64,000 nucleotides of DNA from NCBI GenBank assembly GCA_951406725.2, contig OX597815.1, forward strand, positions 109,926,001-109,990,000, written 5' to 3'. Each line of letters starts with the position of its first letter. Position 1 is the first letter of the stretch. The position numbers and the translations under genes were made by a program. Below the pieces are notes generated by a model, which had not been told where the DNA came from, ran no database searches, and saw only the letters and a program-made list of their open reading frames with translations. Positions 1 to 13,833 of this stretch are shown here, piece by piece. The DNA is from Octopus vulgaris (Eukaryota).

Positions 1-762
1 ATCTGTGTGGATCTTTCAAATCCAATCTTACATCGAATATAAAAAAAATTGATGATTTGAATTATAATAAAACATCATTTTACTTAGAGATACATATCAA
101 AACTTAAAGGGGAATGGCAAAGTCGAAAATTGAATGGCAAAACTCAGTTCAACGTTTTATTCGAGATAATATTGAATGACAACATAGAGAATATAAGTGG
201 GGGTTTTAAGTGAGGTCAGAATAATGTTGCTGTTGTAGTTGATGCCCCCAAATTCCTGATTGAGAAGTCCTAATGCACGCACGCAGGCTCTCGGAAGAAG
301 AACGAAGCGTGACTAATACAGCTCTACGCAGTCAGAGCATGTTTCCCCTTGGTTAAGAAGGACTATCCAGTAGACTTAGATATTGCAATGATGAATCACA
401 TGAGCTTCTGTGCGACATATTATGAAGCAATAACAGGATCTAACAGTGAAGGAAATAGTAGTAGTAGTAATGTTGTTGTTGGAGTTAGTGTTGCCGTCGA
501 TAGTGGTGTTGTTGGTGATAATTTAGTGGTACTGATGGTGATATTAGTAATGGTGATGTTGGTAGTTTCAGTGATGGGGTGCTGGGCTGCAGTAGAAGTG
601 CTAGTGTCTACACTCGTGACTGAAGCTGAGCTCGAAGTCGAGGTTATGAGGCGGCCGTGCTGGTGGCTGTGGCGGGAGTGATTTGCCGTCGAGTGTTGCT
701 GGTGATCTTTTATCGATTTATCTTTGAATTGTTCTGTCATGACTTTCTTTTTGTTAAGTCTG

Positions 763-1098
763 CTACTATCAGATTGTTTTGCCGAACCGCTAAGTTAAAG
801 GAATATAAACTACTAACACTGATTGTCAAGCGGTAGTGGAAACACACACACACACTCTCTTACACACACGCATGCACTCACACACATACACACACAATCA
901 CGCGCGCACACACACACGCACATATATTTATGCATATATATATGACAGGCTTCTTTCAGTTTCCATCAACCAAATCCATTCACAAGGCTTTGTCCACTCG
1001 AGGCTATAGTAGAAGATACTTGTCCAAGATGTCATGCAGTGGGACTGAACCCAGAATCACGTTGTTGGGAAGCAAGCTTCTCACCACGCAGCCACGTC
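763..1098 (-). mobile_element. tRNA-derived SINE family A (CORE-type, internal CA/TA microsatellite), 3'-truncated
   Basis: Colinear with the full copy at 11341-11790 (gccgaaccgctaag...gcagtgggactgaaccc). The tRNA-like head lies on the minus strand. Confidence 0.85.
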
Positions 1099-1513
1099 TG
1101 TCCCTATGGTACTGTTTAATCCCGGTTTAACCATGTCGGAGCTAAGTTGTAATCAAACCGTTACAACCGTGACTTTGTTGACTTTTAGCTTTGTACGGGG
1201 AACTCAGAACCACATTGTCCAACATATCCTCTTCTAATACGTTAGGGTGTAATTCGAGGGAGATTTAGCCTCGATTTCTAACAGACCACGTAGAGGTCAT
1301 ATTAATGGTCTTGTTGGTTGTAGTGATGGTAGAGAAGGCTTGGTAGAGTTGTTGCTGTATATGATGGTGGGGAGGGAGAAGGGGAGAAGGGAGAGGGGGA
1401 TGACGAGGATGATGGTGTTAGTGTTTCTGGAGCACTGTAGTAATGGTGGTTGTGGTGGCGGTGGTGGCGGTGGTGTTTGAAGTCATGGTAGTACAGCTGT
1501 TTATGGTATTTCC

Positions 1514-1804
1514 TAGGGATTCTCAACCATTTTTTATCCACGGACCTCTTTCATTATAATTATATTCAGGTGGACCCCATAGCCATTCAATGTTTAAAAA
1601 CTAGTTTTATAGAAACTTCTTTCAAAATTCCTATTTTGTTTTTCACACATTAACTTTTGTAGGTTGAACTATATAAAATGGTAGAGAAAGAGACCTCACT
1701 GTTTCTTGCAATACATACATCTAAAGCAAATATGTTTCGGTGGCCCTTAAAATACTATTCTGGTTCCCTAAAAATCTTATATGGACCCCGGTTGAGAACT
1801 GATA
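1514..1804. mobile_element. hAT (Charlie/Buster-like) MITE, degraded copy
   Basis: Ends tagggattctcaac / gttgagaactgata. Internal sequence (atgtttaaaaactagttttatagaaacttctttcaaaattcct) is shared with 53785-54136. Confidence 0.7.
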
Positions 1805-1904
1805 TAGTTGATTGATGTATGTTGCCCAGTCTAGATGGCGGTGGAGATGAAACCCTACTGTTGATGACATTGTTGCCGTGATGTTATTGTTGTTCTTCCT
1901 TCAT

Positions 1905-2060
1905 TCTCGAGCCATGCTATGCTCATAAGGGCCGGTTTCCTGGTTTCAGTGGCTTAGAAATTCCCCACCTGGACGGGACGCCGGTCCGTCGCAGGATTAC
2001 TCATTTTTGCCAGGTGACTGGCCTGCAGCAACGTGAAATAAAGTGTTTTGCTCAAGAACA
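1905..2060 (-). mobile_element. CORE-SINE fragment
   Basis: gcaacgtgaaataaagtgttttgctcaagaaca is shared with the SINE at 61502-61760. Confidence 0.65.
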
Positions 2061-2630
2061 GCAGTTGTTGGTAGTTCTGATGGATGTGGATAATTGTAGT
2101 GATGGTAGTGGTGTTGAACGTGGTGGTAGTTCTGTAAAGGGATTTTGCTGCAGCAACTGTTGTAGTTATTGTAGTTGATGTAGCTTTATGTTGGTGATGG
2201 TGATGGTGGTGTTGATGACTGTGGTTGCGGTTTTAGTTATGATAGAGGTGATGGTACGCTGCTAATAGTTCCTGTAACTGTTGTTGCACTTGTTGTTGGG
2301 TTTGTTGTGGTAGTTGTAGTTGGTGGTGATGTTGTTGTTGGTGGTGGTGGCTGCGACAGAAAGCAGTTTCGCTGCTGTTGCTATAATTGTTGTTGGTGGT
2401 GATGGTTCTGGTAGTAGCGATTGTATTGTTGATGGTAGTGGCGGCGGTGGTGATGTGATAGTGGTGGTGTTGGCGTTGACAACGTGGTGATGGTGGTGGT
2501 GGTGGTGATGATGATAGTGGTGGTGGTGGTGACAATGGGGTGTGGTGAGTACGATTTCAGTGACAGCGTTGATGGCAGTTAGGTTCATTACGGTAGTGTA
2601 GATAGCGATTGTGATGCTACCATTATAAAT
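2060..2630. repeat. Degenerate (GGT/GAT/GTT)n low-complexity tract
   Basis: Direct inspection; it accounts for the poly-H, poly-P and poly-T ORFs. Confidence 0.85.
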
Positions 2631-2934
2631 TGACACAACACATTCTATAATTATAGACCTGCCATTGCTGTTCTGGCTGAAGAGGTCTAAATCTCACCAC
2701 CAGAGGGCACTAGGAGCAGTAACAAGACGCTACCTAGCAATGACGCTCAAGTTTGTTCTAACTGGAACAACATTACTTAGCAAATTTTACCTCTGACACT
2801 CTTTATTAACGTCTAAACACACAAATAATGCTCCCGGCTAAATATTTCTTCTCTCAGATGTACTGTATAAATGCATAAATACATACACAAATGCAGACAC
2901 ATATATACATATCCACACAAAAATAATAGCGTTT

Positions 2935-2953
2935 ATGTATGTGCATATATATA

Positions 2954-3021
<68 letters not shown>

Positions 3022-3102
3022 ATGTATATATATACATATATATATATACATACATATATATATATATATGCACATATATATATATACATACATATATATA
3101 TG

Positions 3103-3133
<31 letters not shown>

Positions 3134-3194
3134 ATGTGTGTGTATATGTATGTATGTATATATACACACACACATATATATATATATATACACA

Positions 3195-3255
<61 letters not shown>

Positions 3256-3560
3256 CATACATATATATATATATATGCGTGTGTGTGTGTGTGTGTATAT
3301 TTGTATGTTTCGAAATAGCTTTTTATCTGTCCATCTATCTACCGGTCTGTTTGTCTCCTTCTGTCTCTGTTTGTCTGTCTCTCTCTCTCTCTTTATATAT
3401 ATATAGATATATATATATTTACCTACACACACACTCACACACACACACAAACACACATATATATGCATGTACACACACATATATATACATACATACACAC
3501 CACCGCACACATATATCCGTACATGTTTACATACAGGCATATATATACACATTTGTGTGT
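2935..3560. repeat. Compound (TA)n/(TG)n/(CA)n microsatellite
   Basis: Direct inspection. Confidence 0.95.
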
Positions 3561-3930
3561 GTGTACGAGTGAACATGGATGCATATCCATAAATTACGTG
3601 TGAATTTACGCACACGACATACGCACGTCACATGTATGTTTACGTCAGTATATTTCTTTTTGGATTTCTGTGTGTGACAGAATGTTGATATCACTCTATA
3701 AGATCAGCCCATTCTGTACATAACTTCGCAACGATTGTGCATATATTCTTCAGTCATCACTCGCGCATAATTATATGCATATATTATACTCATATGCATA
3801 TATTATGTATGAGTATATGCTTATATGATACTCTCAGAAACTTATACATACATTTCTACATAGATAAGCACACATATGTATGTATTATGCATGTGTGTGC
3901 GTGTGCATGCTTGTGTGTGTGTTTGCATGT

Positions 3931-3969
<39 letters not shown>

Positions 3970-3976
3970 TGTGAAA

Positions 3977-4130
3977 GGCAGTGCGCTGGCTGAGTTGTTA
4001 GCACGCCGGAAAAATATGCTTAGTGGCAGTTCGTCTGTTTTTAACGTTCTAAGTTCAAATTCTGTCGGAGTCGACGTTCATCTTGACGAGGTCAAAGAAA
4101 TAAGTATCAGTCAAGTACTGGATTCGATGT
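3977..4130 (+). mobile_element. tRNA-derived SINE family B (Nin-domain type)
   Basis: ggcagtgcgctggctgagttgttagcacgccgg...agttcaaattc...aataagtatcagt matches the other family B copies. Confidence 0.75.
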
Positions 4131-4139
4131 AACACACAA

Positions 4140-4175
<36 letters not shown>

Positions 4176-4353
4176 GTAGGTGTGTGTGTATGTATATATA
4201 CATATCATATATACATAAATACATGTGTGTGTATGTGTGTGAGAGAGTTTATTTTGTATGTATGATATTTATACATGCTTATACACACACATACAATTTA
4301 ATATATATGTATGTGTATGCGTTTATGTTTCTGTGTGCGTGCGTGTGTGTGTA

Positions 4354-4389
<36 letters not shown>

Positions 4390-4429
4390 GAAGTATATAT
4401 AGACAAGATTTTCCCGAAAGACCGAAAAT

Positions 4430-4800
4430 AATGATAATCCAAATATGTACATTTCTCCTCATTCTTTCGCAACCAATATTCACAACATCTATGTCACCAA
4501 GTTCTTCTTCATGAAGACTCTTTACCATTAGAAAGCTGTTCTTTCCGAGTGCCTGATTCATTGCCAAGTATGTATATAGTCAAACATTGTCATGGCGAAT
4601 ATCAATAGTTTCAGATTTTCCTTCGGCCTCTCCCTCCTAAAGGGTTCTCTAACTTTCTCCAGTGCCCCAATGCATTGCACGCTGTTTACAGTACAGCCTC
4701 CCAACAAGAAATCAAGGAGAATGATGCCCTTGTCGTCTAAAATGATAAAAAAAACCCGGCTTCCAATTGTAATTGACGGCTATTGGACTTTTTAAGTCTT
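4430..4800 (-). pseudogene. Decayed mariner transposase fragment
   Basis: Minus strand reads IILDDKGIILLDFLLGGCTVNSVQCIGALEKVREPFRRERP, resembling the mariner WD.KGIILLDFL...TVNS motif. Confidence 0.6.
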
Positions 4801-5334
4801 TAAGAAGAGGTGTGATGCCATCTACGGAATGTGCATTTATCATAAATATAAATCTCACTAATCCTCCACCGGTGTGTCTTGTAATCTGTTCCTATTTCTT
4901 TACAATGTGTATTTTACACTTGAAACTTTTTACGAACCAGCCCGAAGGCTTCAATGAGGCACTCCCTGCTAGGAATACCAACCAAATTTTCTCGCAAACT
5001 TCTCTCATTAGTTGTCAAAAGGAGTAAGACACACATGCATCACATGTGCACGAGCAGACAGCAGACAGACACATACACATTCTCTCCCTCACGCTCTCTC
5101 TCTCTCTCTTCCTCTCTTTCTCTGTATATATATATATGTGTGTGTGTATACATATGTAATTTCATACTTACATATATATAGATGTTTACATATGCACACA
5201 CCTACCTCATATATATATATATATATGAATTTACATATGTATATATTCACACACATACAAGTATATACACATACATATACTTATAAAATTAGATGTCACA
5301 AGCCAAGTATGCACACACCTACCCCATATATGTG

Positions 5335-5370
<36 letters not shown>

Positions 5371-5823
5371 AATTTACATATGTATACACACACATACAAG
5401 CATATACACATACATATGCTTATAAAAATTAGATGTCACAAGCCAAGTATGCACTTTATTATAGCCTTCTTGATCAAATATGACCTGGGGCCTTAAACAA
5501 TAACAACAACAACAACAACCAAATTTACAGTAATCCCTTTACATTTTCACATATATAACAATTGACTTGTCCTTTTATTTGTAGTTATCTTTTTTCTTCG
5601 CGTAAATATTCTCGATAATTGGCATAAGTTAATAGATTCTATTACTAACCAATGTGCTCCACCGTAAATTACTTAATTTGGGGGAACCAATTGCTATCAT
5701 AGTTTTTCTTTCTTTTTCTTTCTTTTTTTTTTTTTAAAAAGTTTTATTTAATGATTATTAGAGAGGGCAAGTGGTGTCTGAGATATTGATTTTAAATATT
5801 AATAACCATTTCTTAACAATGCA

Positions 5824-6095
<272 letters not shown>

Positions 6096-6675
6096 GAGTA
6101 TGGATTATACACACATACACACAAACATGTATGTAGGTATGTATGTGCAAATATATATATATATATATATAATTATGTGTATGTATATTTATGTTTGTGC
6201 ACCTGCGTATATTTCTGTATTTGTGTGAATATCTACACACACACACACACACATTGATCAAGCAAGTTTCAGATCACAAAATGTAGGACACTCATTAATA
6301 TCAGCAACAGAATTTATTTAAATTTTTCTCTAATTAATGAACACACTTAGTTCATGTTATTTTTGGGTTTCAAATCCCTAGCACTACAAATAGGAAATTT
6401 TTGTTTCAGAGGTACGACGATTGTTTATACACACAAACATGCATACACGCACACGTGCCCCACATCACACAATCTTACATAATGATTTTAAGCCTATGGA
6501 GTTTCATTTAAAGCGATGTTTACTTCTCATTTCTTACAATCGATCACGTGGCGTTGCGCTTGTTGGTTTGTAAAGTTTTCGTTGTTATTTTGCGCCACAT
6601 GTCAGATTTGATTGTTTAGACTTTGATCAAAGTCATTTCAATGGTGACCATCCTCTTTTTCATGTAAATCTAGGA

Positions 6676-6887
6676 CTGCAATATCTAATGTGACCTACTT
6701 TTTAAGGCATTATGCATGATTGAGGGAGATGTGTTGTCTACAGCTAGCAGATCAAGTGACATAATAGGGCTGTCATTGACAAACTGCGACCCACAAGACT
6801 TTCTGAATGGCACTGAATTTATTAAGTAGAGTGACACGCCTGATGATGGGTCAAGTCTCATGCAGCACGTTCCTCAAAAAATCTTGC
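6676..6887 (+). repeat. 212-bp direct repeat, left copy (flanks MITE)
   Basis: ctgcaatatctaatg...aaaaaatcttgc recurs at 7305-7516 with no indels and about 12 substitutions by manual count. Confidence 0.95.
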
Positions 6888-7304
6888 GGATCTTTTCGGT
6901 TTGAACGGCAGTTTTCTCTAGCGGTGTCATATGAAATTGTCACCCATAATTATGACCCTAGTATCGATCTATTGCATTTCAATCTGTTTTAGGGTTAGGG
7001 TTAGGGGTGGAGGGACGGGTATCTTTTTTTCTTCAGAAATGTAAATAAACCCAATCTGTTTCTTAAACGAGGGACATATTCATACAGCACAGAATGTTTT
7101 CACCTCAATAGACATCATTGATTGGTTGAAATTGCAGAAATTGAAGAAAAACAACAACAAATATGTTACAACCTATAGAATTTTCTCAATAAAGCCAAGA
7201 GAAAAAGATGTTTTATAAACACATTCTACCAGTATACGAAGTTTAAAACTGTTTAGTTACGTGGAAATTCTATTAAAAAACTGCCGTTCAAATCGGAAAG
7301 ATCC
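6888..7304 (+). mobile_element. Merlin-like MITE with internal TTAGGG repeats, copy 1
   Basis: TIRs GGATCTTTTCGGTTTGAACGGCAGTTTT / aaaactgccgttcaaatcggaaagatcc; two further copies in the window. Merlin assignment inferred from 5'-GG TIRs and 8-bp TSDs in the other copies. Confidence 0.85.
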
Positions 7305-7516
7305 CTGCAATATCTAATGAGACCTACTTTTTAAGGCATTATGCAGGATTGAGGGAGATGTGTTGTCTATAGCTAGCAGATCAAGTGACATAGTAGAACT
7401 GTCATTGACGAGTTGCGATCCACAAGACTTTCTGAATGGCACTGAATTTATTAATTGGAGTGACACGCCTGATGATGGGTCAAGTCTCATGCAGCACGTT
7501 CCTCAAAAAATCTTGC
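7305..7516 (+). repeat. 212-bp direct repeat, right copy
   Basis: Second copy of 6676-6887, starting immediately after the right TIR. Confidence 0.95.
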
Positions 7517-8472
7517 TCATACCAAGAAGATGCGTCATTGGCTGCGGTTTATAAAATTTATTTGATAAGCTTTGTGGTTAATATGGTCTAGATGTGGTTC
7601 AGTGTTTGCTATGCTTAGTGAGTTAATGTTGATGAAGACATTGTTTATCCCAGCATTCAACCGATCAGATGCTTTCCAGTTATGATAATCACGTTTTATT
7701 TTTAGGTATATTGTGACCTTCATCTTTTGAAGACGATCGCGTATGATGTGTTACAGCAAGGTGAGTGACCGTGTGGAATCTCTCACACGTTGTCTCAAGT
7801 GTAGCGTATTTGATATGAATAGAAAAATTGAGTATGAGGAAATTGTAATTATTGTGTATGATGACGTTTATGCAAGTCTTTTCTATATTCGATCCATTTA
7901 AAGACATTTTCGTAATATTGGATAGATTCAAACAAGTACAAACACACAAAATGTAAAATATATTACCAAGAAGGAACCTTCTACGTGATAGCTCGACACG
8001 TGACAAATACCAATCACATCTCCCTCAAAATACTTCCTCCCGCCTTAAAAATAAGAAATAAGTGAAAAACAAAAACTTGTTAGGTAATGCAATTTTTGAT
8101 AATCCTTAAAAAGACATGATAATCACCGACTAAGATACCTTTGATCATAACATTCTTCTTTCAGAGACGACTTAGGGTTAAACAAATATAACTAGAAAAT
8201 GTATCGTTGGATCAAAAAATAAATCCACAGATAACTGTTTATTCCTCGGAACTGCACGCATCTTACAGCAACCAATCTTAAAGACTGCGTTACTTTGGCC
8301 GCACTCAAAGAGTAACAATTATAATGTAACCACTATCGTCCAAGGACAGGACGTGTGAGTGTGTGTATGTATGTTTTTGTATGTGTGAGCGTGTTTTGTA
8401 TGTTTGTGTGTGGTAATAATAGCTATTCTCCATATACACATATATGTATTAGTGTGTGAGTGTGTGTACACG

Positions 8473-8526
<54 letters not shown>

Positions 8527-9287
8527 GTAAGTATGTATACATACACACACACTAACATATTGTATACACAATGTGTATCAATATCTTTCAAAATTTCTCC
8601 CATTTTCTCACTCTTTCCCTTTCGCCTCTCTCTCATCTCATACACACACACACACACACATACACACACACATACACGCGCACACGCGCACACACACACA
8701 CACACACACACATACACACACACACACACACACGCACGCACGCATGATTCTTCTCTGCCGGCAAATGTTTACACAAGTATACTTAAGTAAAGCTACTTAA
8801 AACATTTCGCCATATCAAACATCGCGATCGGTTACATACATATTCATAGGGTGACTTCAGTTGTCAACAAATACTTTCTCGCCTCACATATCATACAAGA
8901 AGAAAACTAATCCATTACCGACCGCTTCACCTTCCGCTGGCTTTTCATTGTTTCATTTTGTTAAAACCACTGCAAGTGGCTACTGTTATTCTTCTTCCTG
9001 TTGTTATTGTAGTTGTTTTTGATGTTGAGGACGACGGGGATGGTGACGATAGTGGTGAAGACGCAGTTTTACTGTTAATGTTGCAATGAACTGTTTAGTT
9101 AGTCGGTTGTGTTTTGTATTTTCATGCTGTGTATGTACTGTTTTACATGTGTTACGAATCAATGGGGATCAGGCATAACATACGTACAAGCATATATGCA
9201 TGCATACATACATACATACATACATACATACATACATACATACACACACATATATATATTTACACACCCACATTCACACACATAGAT

Positions 9288-9342
<55 letters not shown>

Positions 9343-9411
9343 CGCACATGTACTCAGGCACACACATATTTACACACATATGGTGCATAAATGTGTATAT
9401 GTTTGTATATA

Positions 9412-9490
<79 letters not shown>

Positions 9491-9551
9491 GTGTATGTAT
9501 ATATATGTATATATATGTGTATATATATATGTATATGTATATATATGTGTG

Positions 9552-9600
<49 letters not shown>

Positions 9601-9606
<6 letters not shown>

Positions 9607-9735
9607 TGGAGTAAGCACATAAATGTGAAGCAAGATGGAAAAAAAGAGTACTCAAATACCAGAGGTAGAATAATACGCTTTATCTAAAAGCAGCAGAAAC
9701 ATAACAAAAGCTGTTACTCAGAGTTTCACGTTCCC
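9601..9735 (-). mobile_element. Short non-coding insert in (TA)n with a putative 3' half of a hammerhead
   Basis: Minus strand begins GGGAACGT-GAAA-CTC-T-GAG-TA-ACAG and its 3' end abuts (TA)n. Confidence 0.45.
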
Positions 9736-11340
9736 ATATGTATGTATGTATGTATGTATGTATGTGTGTGTGTGTGTGCGTGTACCTACATCTGCAGCAG
9801 ATGCTAATATATATACATATAAGAGTGATTCTATATGACTGAAGATAGTAAAAGCTTCTAAGATAATGATGGGTATACATACATACATAACACCCATGTG
9901 CGTATGTATATATATATAAACTTAGATAAAAACTGAGATATGTTTGGACCAAAGATTGGTCCAGGCCATGTCTAACTTAATAGCACCACCTGATAGGATT
10001 ATCTAAATCCTTTTTAATTCAAGTTTTGTTTATGATCCATGAATATTATGATACTGTAAAAACATAATAATTATGAAGAAAATTTACTGTGTGTGGTGAG
10101 TGAACGGTGCTCCCCTAGCACACCAGAATGAATGTAAAATTGAATTTGTAAGAAGTAAAGATATTGGCTATGTTTTATAAATTAAAATTTACTGTTGTAA
10201 AATGAATAGACTATTTCTTTTTTGTTGTTAGAAAACAGTGTCTTCTCTGTAAGAATAATAAAAATAAATAAATAAAAGGGACCATAGAAATTACATAGGA
10301 GAAATACGTTAAGTAAAATACTCAGACTGAAAGCACTAAAATTATTTGATATTTTTGGGGGATATGTCTATAGTATTAAAATATTGACTTGTAAACGCTC
10401 ATTATTATCGAAAATCCGACCTTCCTGTTTAACCCTTGTCAATAGCAATAATATTGAGGAAAATTTGATTGTTATTTTTAGCTGACCGATCAACCCCATA
10501 GTAGATACTTCATCGTACTGCAACGGAATATGTCTCAAATGACACCTTATTGCCTAAGGGAAGGACACACTGTTAAATGTGATCCTGGATTCCGTGCAAA
10601 TAGGAAAAATGTGAAATGGTTATGGATAGATTACCTTTAATTACGAATTTTTGCAATCATATATGATCTAAGCAACTACATTGAGGTAGTTTCACTGCTA
10701 TTTATTATAGGCCAATGGTGACATTGCTAGTTATTACAGGCCATAGTGACATTGTCATTCGGCAACCAGACGTCTTTCATATCACAAACACTTACTGCCT
10801 GTTAATTCCAATGTAGTCTCAATTCCACAGAAACGGAGAGGCCTCGACTACAATATGATTGTTTACAAAACTGGTGGATCAAGTTTCGCATGAATCTAAA
10901 CATCTCTAGCATTAACAACAATCTCTCTATCATCACCACTTAACTTTCTATCGCTCTCTGACGATGTCTTCAGCCTGATTACATTAGACGTCTCGTTACC
11001 TTCACCTCATAAAATTTATTCCAGTGCTTCAACTATTTTTATTACTATTTATCGAGGTTGAACATTCTTGTTATGCTACAATTCTACTGTTTTATTACAC
11101 AAAAATACAAAGGGCCATTACATACAAAGTCTTAATAGTTTAAAATTTAATATTTAACACTGACAGACATAATCTTTAAATAAAATTTAGGGATTTGGTA
11201 CATTAATTTTATCGTCGTCAATCAACGGTGTGCGTGTGTATGTGCATGTGTGCGAACGTGTACGCGTGTATGTGCGCGTACGCGTCTATGAATGTATACA
11301 TATATATATATAAAATATATATGTATATATATTATATATA

Positions 11341-11558
11341 TACTCTTTTACTCTTTTACTTGTTTCAGTCATTCGACTGTGGCCATGCTGGAGCACCGCC
11401 TTTAGTCGAGCAAATCGACCCCGGGACTTATTCTTTGTAAGCCCAGTACTTATTCTATCGGTCTCTTTTGCCGAACCGCTAAGTGACGGGGGACGTAAAC
11501 ACACCAGCATCGGTTGTCAAGCAATGCTAGATGGACAAACACAGATACACAAACACAT

Positions 11559-11625
<67 letters not shown>

Positions 11626-11790
11626 TACGACAGGCTTCTTTCAGTTTCCGTCTACCAAATCCACTCCCAAGGCATTGGTCGGCCCGGGGCTATAGCAGAA
11701 GACATTTGCCCAAGATGCCACGCAGTGGGACTGAACCCGGAACCATGTGGTTGGTTAGCAAGCTACTTACCACACAGCCACTCCTACGCC
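11341..11790 (-). mobile_element. Full-length tRNA-derived SINE family A
   Basis: Minus strand: ggcgtaggagtggctgtgtggtaag (A box), ggttcagtcccac (B box), CORE-like cttgggcaaatgtct, internal (TA)n, and a 3' tail of (aaaagagt) repeats. Confidence 0.9.
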
Positions 11791-12162
11791 TATATAATAT
11801 AATTTATTATTTATATATATATGTATACATTCATAGATGCTAGAAGCCACTTGATGCGACTCTCAGGCATCAGTCTGCTGACCGGCGGCATCGTCTGCAG
11901 TCGTACTTTAATGAAAAATGTTTTACATTTTGGCCGGGGTTTCCACCGGTCACACCGTAAGGATTTGCTATGTAATTAAGCGGAAGACTGAACTACAGAG
12001 AGCTTGCCTCACAGAGAACGCTTCCCGTTACTTTTGGGTACTTCCTCGTATACTGACGGGGTAGTAATTTAACTTCACCCCTTGCGATGGAGTATTTTTG
12101 ATGAGCTTTAAATTTTATGCGAAATTGCATGCCAATCTAATGCCTCTGAATATCGGTGAGAA

Positions 12163-12163
12163 G

Positions 12164-12228
<65 letters not shown>

Positions 12229-12244
12229 CGTGGTGGTGGTGGTG

Positions 12245-12288
<44 letters not shown>

Positions 12289-12316
12289 GGTGGTGGTGGT
12301 AGTAGTAGTAGAGGTG

Positions 12317-12372
<56 letters not shown>

Positions 12373-12410
12373 GGTGGTGGTGGTGGTGGTGGTAGTAGTA
12401 GTAGTAGTAC
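12163..12410. repeat. (GTA)n/(GTG)n array
   Basis: Direct inspection. Confidence 0.95.
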
Positions 12411-13065
12411 TAGATGTTGTTGCTGATTTCGAGTGTGAACCTTACATATAATGTAAGACGATAGAAATAAACGAAGTGATGGTGATATTTCCATAACGAC
12501 CATATTATCGTTGCTACTCTTGTTATTATTGTTGCTGTTGCTGTTATTGTTGTCGTTGTCGTTGTTGTTGTGGTGGTGTTGGTTGTTGTTGTTGTTGCTG
12601 CTGCTTCTATTATTGTTGTTGCACAGACTCATGTTGCTCTTAACTCGGTCCGTTTCACTTATATAACTGATATACTGTATCTAGTATCCACAAACATAAA
12701 AATATAGGTGCTAAATATTGTCCATATTGTCCACTTCAAACGGCAGGATATATAGTTAAAGAAAAAATATTCAATTACTATTTCTACATAGAGGCACTGA
12801 GTGGAGGTAGTAGTGGTGGTGGTGGTGGTAGTGGTAGTGGTAGTAATAGTTGTGCTTGTTGTAGCTGCAGTTGCTGCGGCTATTCGTTTTGCTTCGTGTG
12901 TGTTGATACGGGATTCTGGTCAGAGTGTAAAATCTTTATTTAAACGCGGTTAGACTAAACCGTGTTACAGCATGCATCCAATAAATGTGACTATTAATTC
13001 ATGCAACTCATTTTCTTTCTTTTCTTTCCTTTTCTTCCCCTTCCTCCTCCTTTTCTCTCCCTCCC

Positions 13066-13114
<49 letters not shown>

Positions 13115-13238
13115 ACTGCCTTTTGGTCTGTAAGTTCTACGTTAAGTATAGGGGATTTGAGAGGTCCTTTACAGAATCAATAGTTGAACCAGCCTTACAT
13201 GATTGGTGTTATTTCATGACAAGCAAATGCAGAACTTC

Positions 13239-13377
<139 letters not shown>

Positions 13378-13522
13378 AGTGTATGTGGTTGTGGCCGTGT
13401 GCGTATAACTGTGTCTGTGTAAAAGCAATCGAAGGAAAATGCAAATGATGTACAAACAGACTGGGAGACAGTATGTACAGTTTGGTGTTGGAGGGGACAG
13501 AAAAGGAAAGGCCAAGCGATGC

Positions 13523-13623
<101 letters not shown>

Positions 13624-13771
13624 TCAGAAAGAAAAAAAAAAGAAGAAAGAGAGAGACAGAAAAAGAGATTGAGTGCCGAAAATGAAATGAGAAAGGAATG
13701 AAGACTGAAGGAAAGCGAGAGGGGCTATGCACACGCATGCGAGAGTGATGGTGGAGTGGATAGATATATAT

Positions 13772-13833
<62 letters not shown>

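Noticed and set aside
349-740. Mucin-like Thr/Ser ORF and its antisense ORF
   Set aside because: Degenerate GGT/GTT low-complexity DNA like that at 2060-2630 and 36577-37041, with no splice or domain evidence.
2838-3615. Long YI/HT/CV-rich ORFs here and throughout the window
   Set aside because: They are translations of dinucleotide and tetranucleotide microsatellites that lack stop codons.
6836-6870. CTGATGA inside the 212-bp direct repeats, suggesting a hammerhead LTR
   Set aside because: No GAAA follows the putative stem, and there are no TG..CA ends or primer-binding site for an LTR element.
10940-10976. Minus-strand CTGAAGA...GAAA with a partial stem II
   Set aside because: No helix III, NUH site or stem I partner.
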